Shown: positions 62,705 through 64,000 of the stretch, piece by piece | Position numbering within the stretch: position 1 is the stretch's first letter | How the letters are laid out: each line of letters opens with the position of its first letter | Virus record (IMG/VR): IMGVR_UViG_3300046534_001341 | Coordinates: 1-64,000 of that record | From: a virus | Reading direction: 5' to 3' (one strand) | DNA: 64,000 nt | Position numbers and translations under genes: made by a program | Notes under the pieces: model-generated | Databases searched by the model: none | What the model saw: only the letters and a program-made list of their open reading frames with translations | What the model was told of the DNA's origin: nothing

Positions 62705-64000
62705 TTACCCAATAGCAATATTGGTTAAGGATTCCGCTCTACAAAAACCCAAGCTTGAGAATCATTACGTCAAGCCTTTGATGGCAATGGGTATTCCTGA
62801 ACAGGACATGATTGCTTTCAGTCTGGATTATGCAGGCAAGAAAAAACCTACCGTAGCTATCTGCAGAAAGTACTTACAGACGCTTATGCCTGCGCTAGAA
62901 AGCTTACAAACGAAGTTGCTATACGTTGCTGACGCTAATTACTTTAAATTGCTCACAGGGCTTAAGAAAGCGGATGCGTATTATGGCTACAAGAAGCCGT
63001 GTGTCATTGAAGGTTATGAACACATGGAAATAGTACTAGGTACCAATTTTGGTATGTTGTTTTTCAAACCTGAAATGCAGCAGAAGCTGGATATGTCCCT
63101 GAATGTGGTGAGTACTGTCTATGACGGTACCTACCAAGAACTGGGGGTGGATATAATCCACTCTGAGTACTACCCAGACAATGTTTGGGACATCAAGGGG
63201 TCATTGGCCTTACTTCACCAGTTCCCTGAGCTGACGGTGGATATAGAGGCCTTCAGCCTTGAGTTCCACAAGGCAGGTATCGGCAGTATTTCATTCGCCC
63301 ACGATGAACATAACGGGATTGCATTCTGCTGTGATTATGAAGGCGAGGGTTACGATGCCCAAGGTGAACCATACGTAAAAGGTGATGGTTCATACGGTAA
63401 GCAGATAGATAACATTGAGGTGAAGAAACTCCTGCGTGAATTCTTTGAAGAATACGAAGGCAAGTTGACTTACCAAAATGGTAACTACGACATCAAAGTT
63501 TTGATCTATGAATTGTTCATGGATAATTTATTGGATCAGGAAGGCCTACTTGAAGGCCTGGAAGTAATGACCAAGAGTATCGACGACACAAAGTTGATTA
63601 CATACTTGGCCACAAACTCAACCTCTGGAAATAGTCTCGGCCTCAAGGGCAATGCTCACGAGTACGCAGGTAACTACGCCGAGGAAGAGATCAAGGATAT
63701 TCGCCGAATACCTGAGAAGAACCTACTCCGGTATAACCTAGTGGATTGCTTATCTACTTGGTTTGTGAAAAAGAAAAATTGGCCGATCATGGTAGCTGAT
63801 AACCAGTTGGAAATTTACAACACTATCAAAATACCGAGCGTGAAAGTAATACTACAGGTTGAGTTGACTGGTATGTGCTTAAACATGGACAACGTGATTA
63901 CAGCCAGTGCTGAATTAAACAAGATCAAAGACACACACTTGGATGCTATTACTAATTCTACTGTGGCTCAAAAATTCCTGAAGCTAATTCGACAGGAGGA
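62673..64000 (+). CDS. DNA polymerase, family A (N4 gp39-like), 3'-truncated (not in ORF track)
   Basis: MKHVLFKEADSYPIAILVK...; 3'-5' exonuclease motifs TVDIEAFSL, NGNYDIK, YNLVDC; frame appears open to the window end. Confidence 0.92.
   Translation, partial: MKHVLFKEADSYPIAILVKDSALQKPKLENHYVKPLMAMGIPEQDMIAFSLDYAGKKKPTVAICRKYLQTLMPALESLQTKLLYVADANYFKLLTGLKKADAYYGYKKPCVIEGYEHMEIVLGTNFGMLFFKPEMQQKLDMSLNVVSTVYDGTYQELGVDIIHSEYYPDNVWDIKGSLALLHQFPELTVDIEAFSLEFHKAGIGSISFAHDEHNGIAFCCDYEGEGYDAQGEPYVKGDGSYGKQIDNIEVKKLLREFFEEYEGKLTYQNGNYDIKVLIYELFMDNLLDQEGLLEGLEVMTKSIDDTKLITYLATNSTSGNSLGLKGNAHEYAGNYAEEEIKDIRRIPEKNLLRYNLVDCLSTWFVKKKNWPIMVADNQLEIYNTIKIPSVKVILQVELTGMCLNMDNVITASAELNKIKDTHLDAITNSTVAQKFLKLIRQE

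Noticed and set aside
1-64000. tRNA genes, CRISPR arrays, integrase, transposase, reverse transcriptase/DGR, introns or inteins
   Set aside because: None recognised by eye; tRNAscan-SE, a CRISPR finder and HMM searches would be needed to exclude them formally.

Overview
The window is most of a circularly permuted N4-like (Schitoviridae) lytic phage genome; the host cannot be determined from the sequence. Layout: end of the replication block (SSB, RuvC-like resolvase, 1-1589, +); the late/structural block on the minus strand (3262-aa virion RNA polymerase, ejection proteins, major capsid, portal, lysis genes, tail/receptor proteins, terminase; 1586-37849); the probable genome-terminus region (~39.0-39.9 kb); then early and middle genes on the plus strand (gp1- and gp2-like genes, two RNAP II subunits, AAA+/vWA pair, ThyX, MazG-like, helicase, and a family A DNA polymerase truncated by the window edge). 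Most notable: about 18 small, otherwise dissimilar ORFs, mostly in four tandem paralog arrays, share a helix K-E-x-x-L-[KR]-x-L-[LI], usually near the C-terminus. This suggests a modular 'variable head plus common docking tail' system. Other highlights: six early hairpins with variable stems and an invariant TAAC loop (GTTA on the template strand; candidate vRNAP promoters), a structured leader RNA upstream of a Tad2-like gene, and a degenerate ThiE plus a SAM methyltransferase inside the tail operon. All family assignments come from motif recognition and synteny recalled from N4-like phages; no database searches were run.
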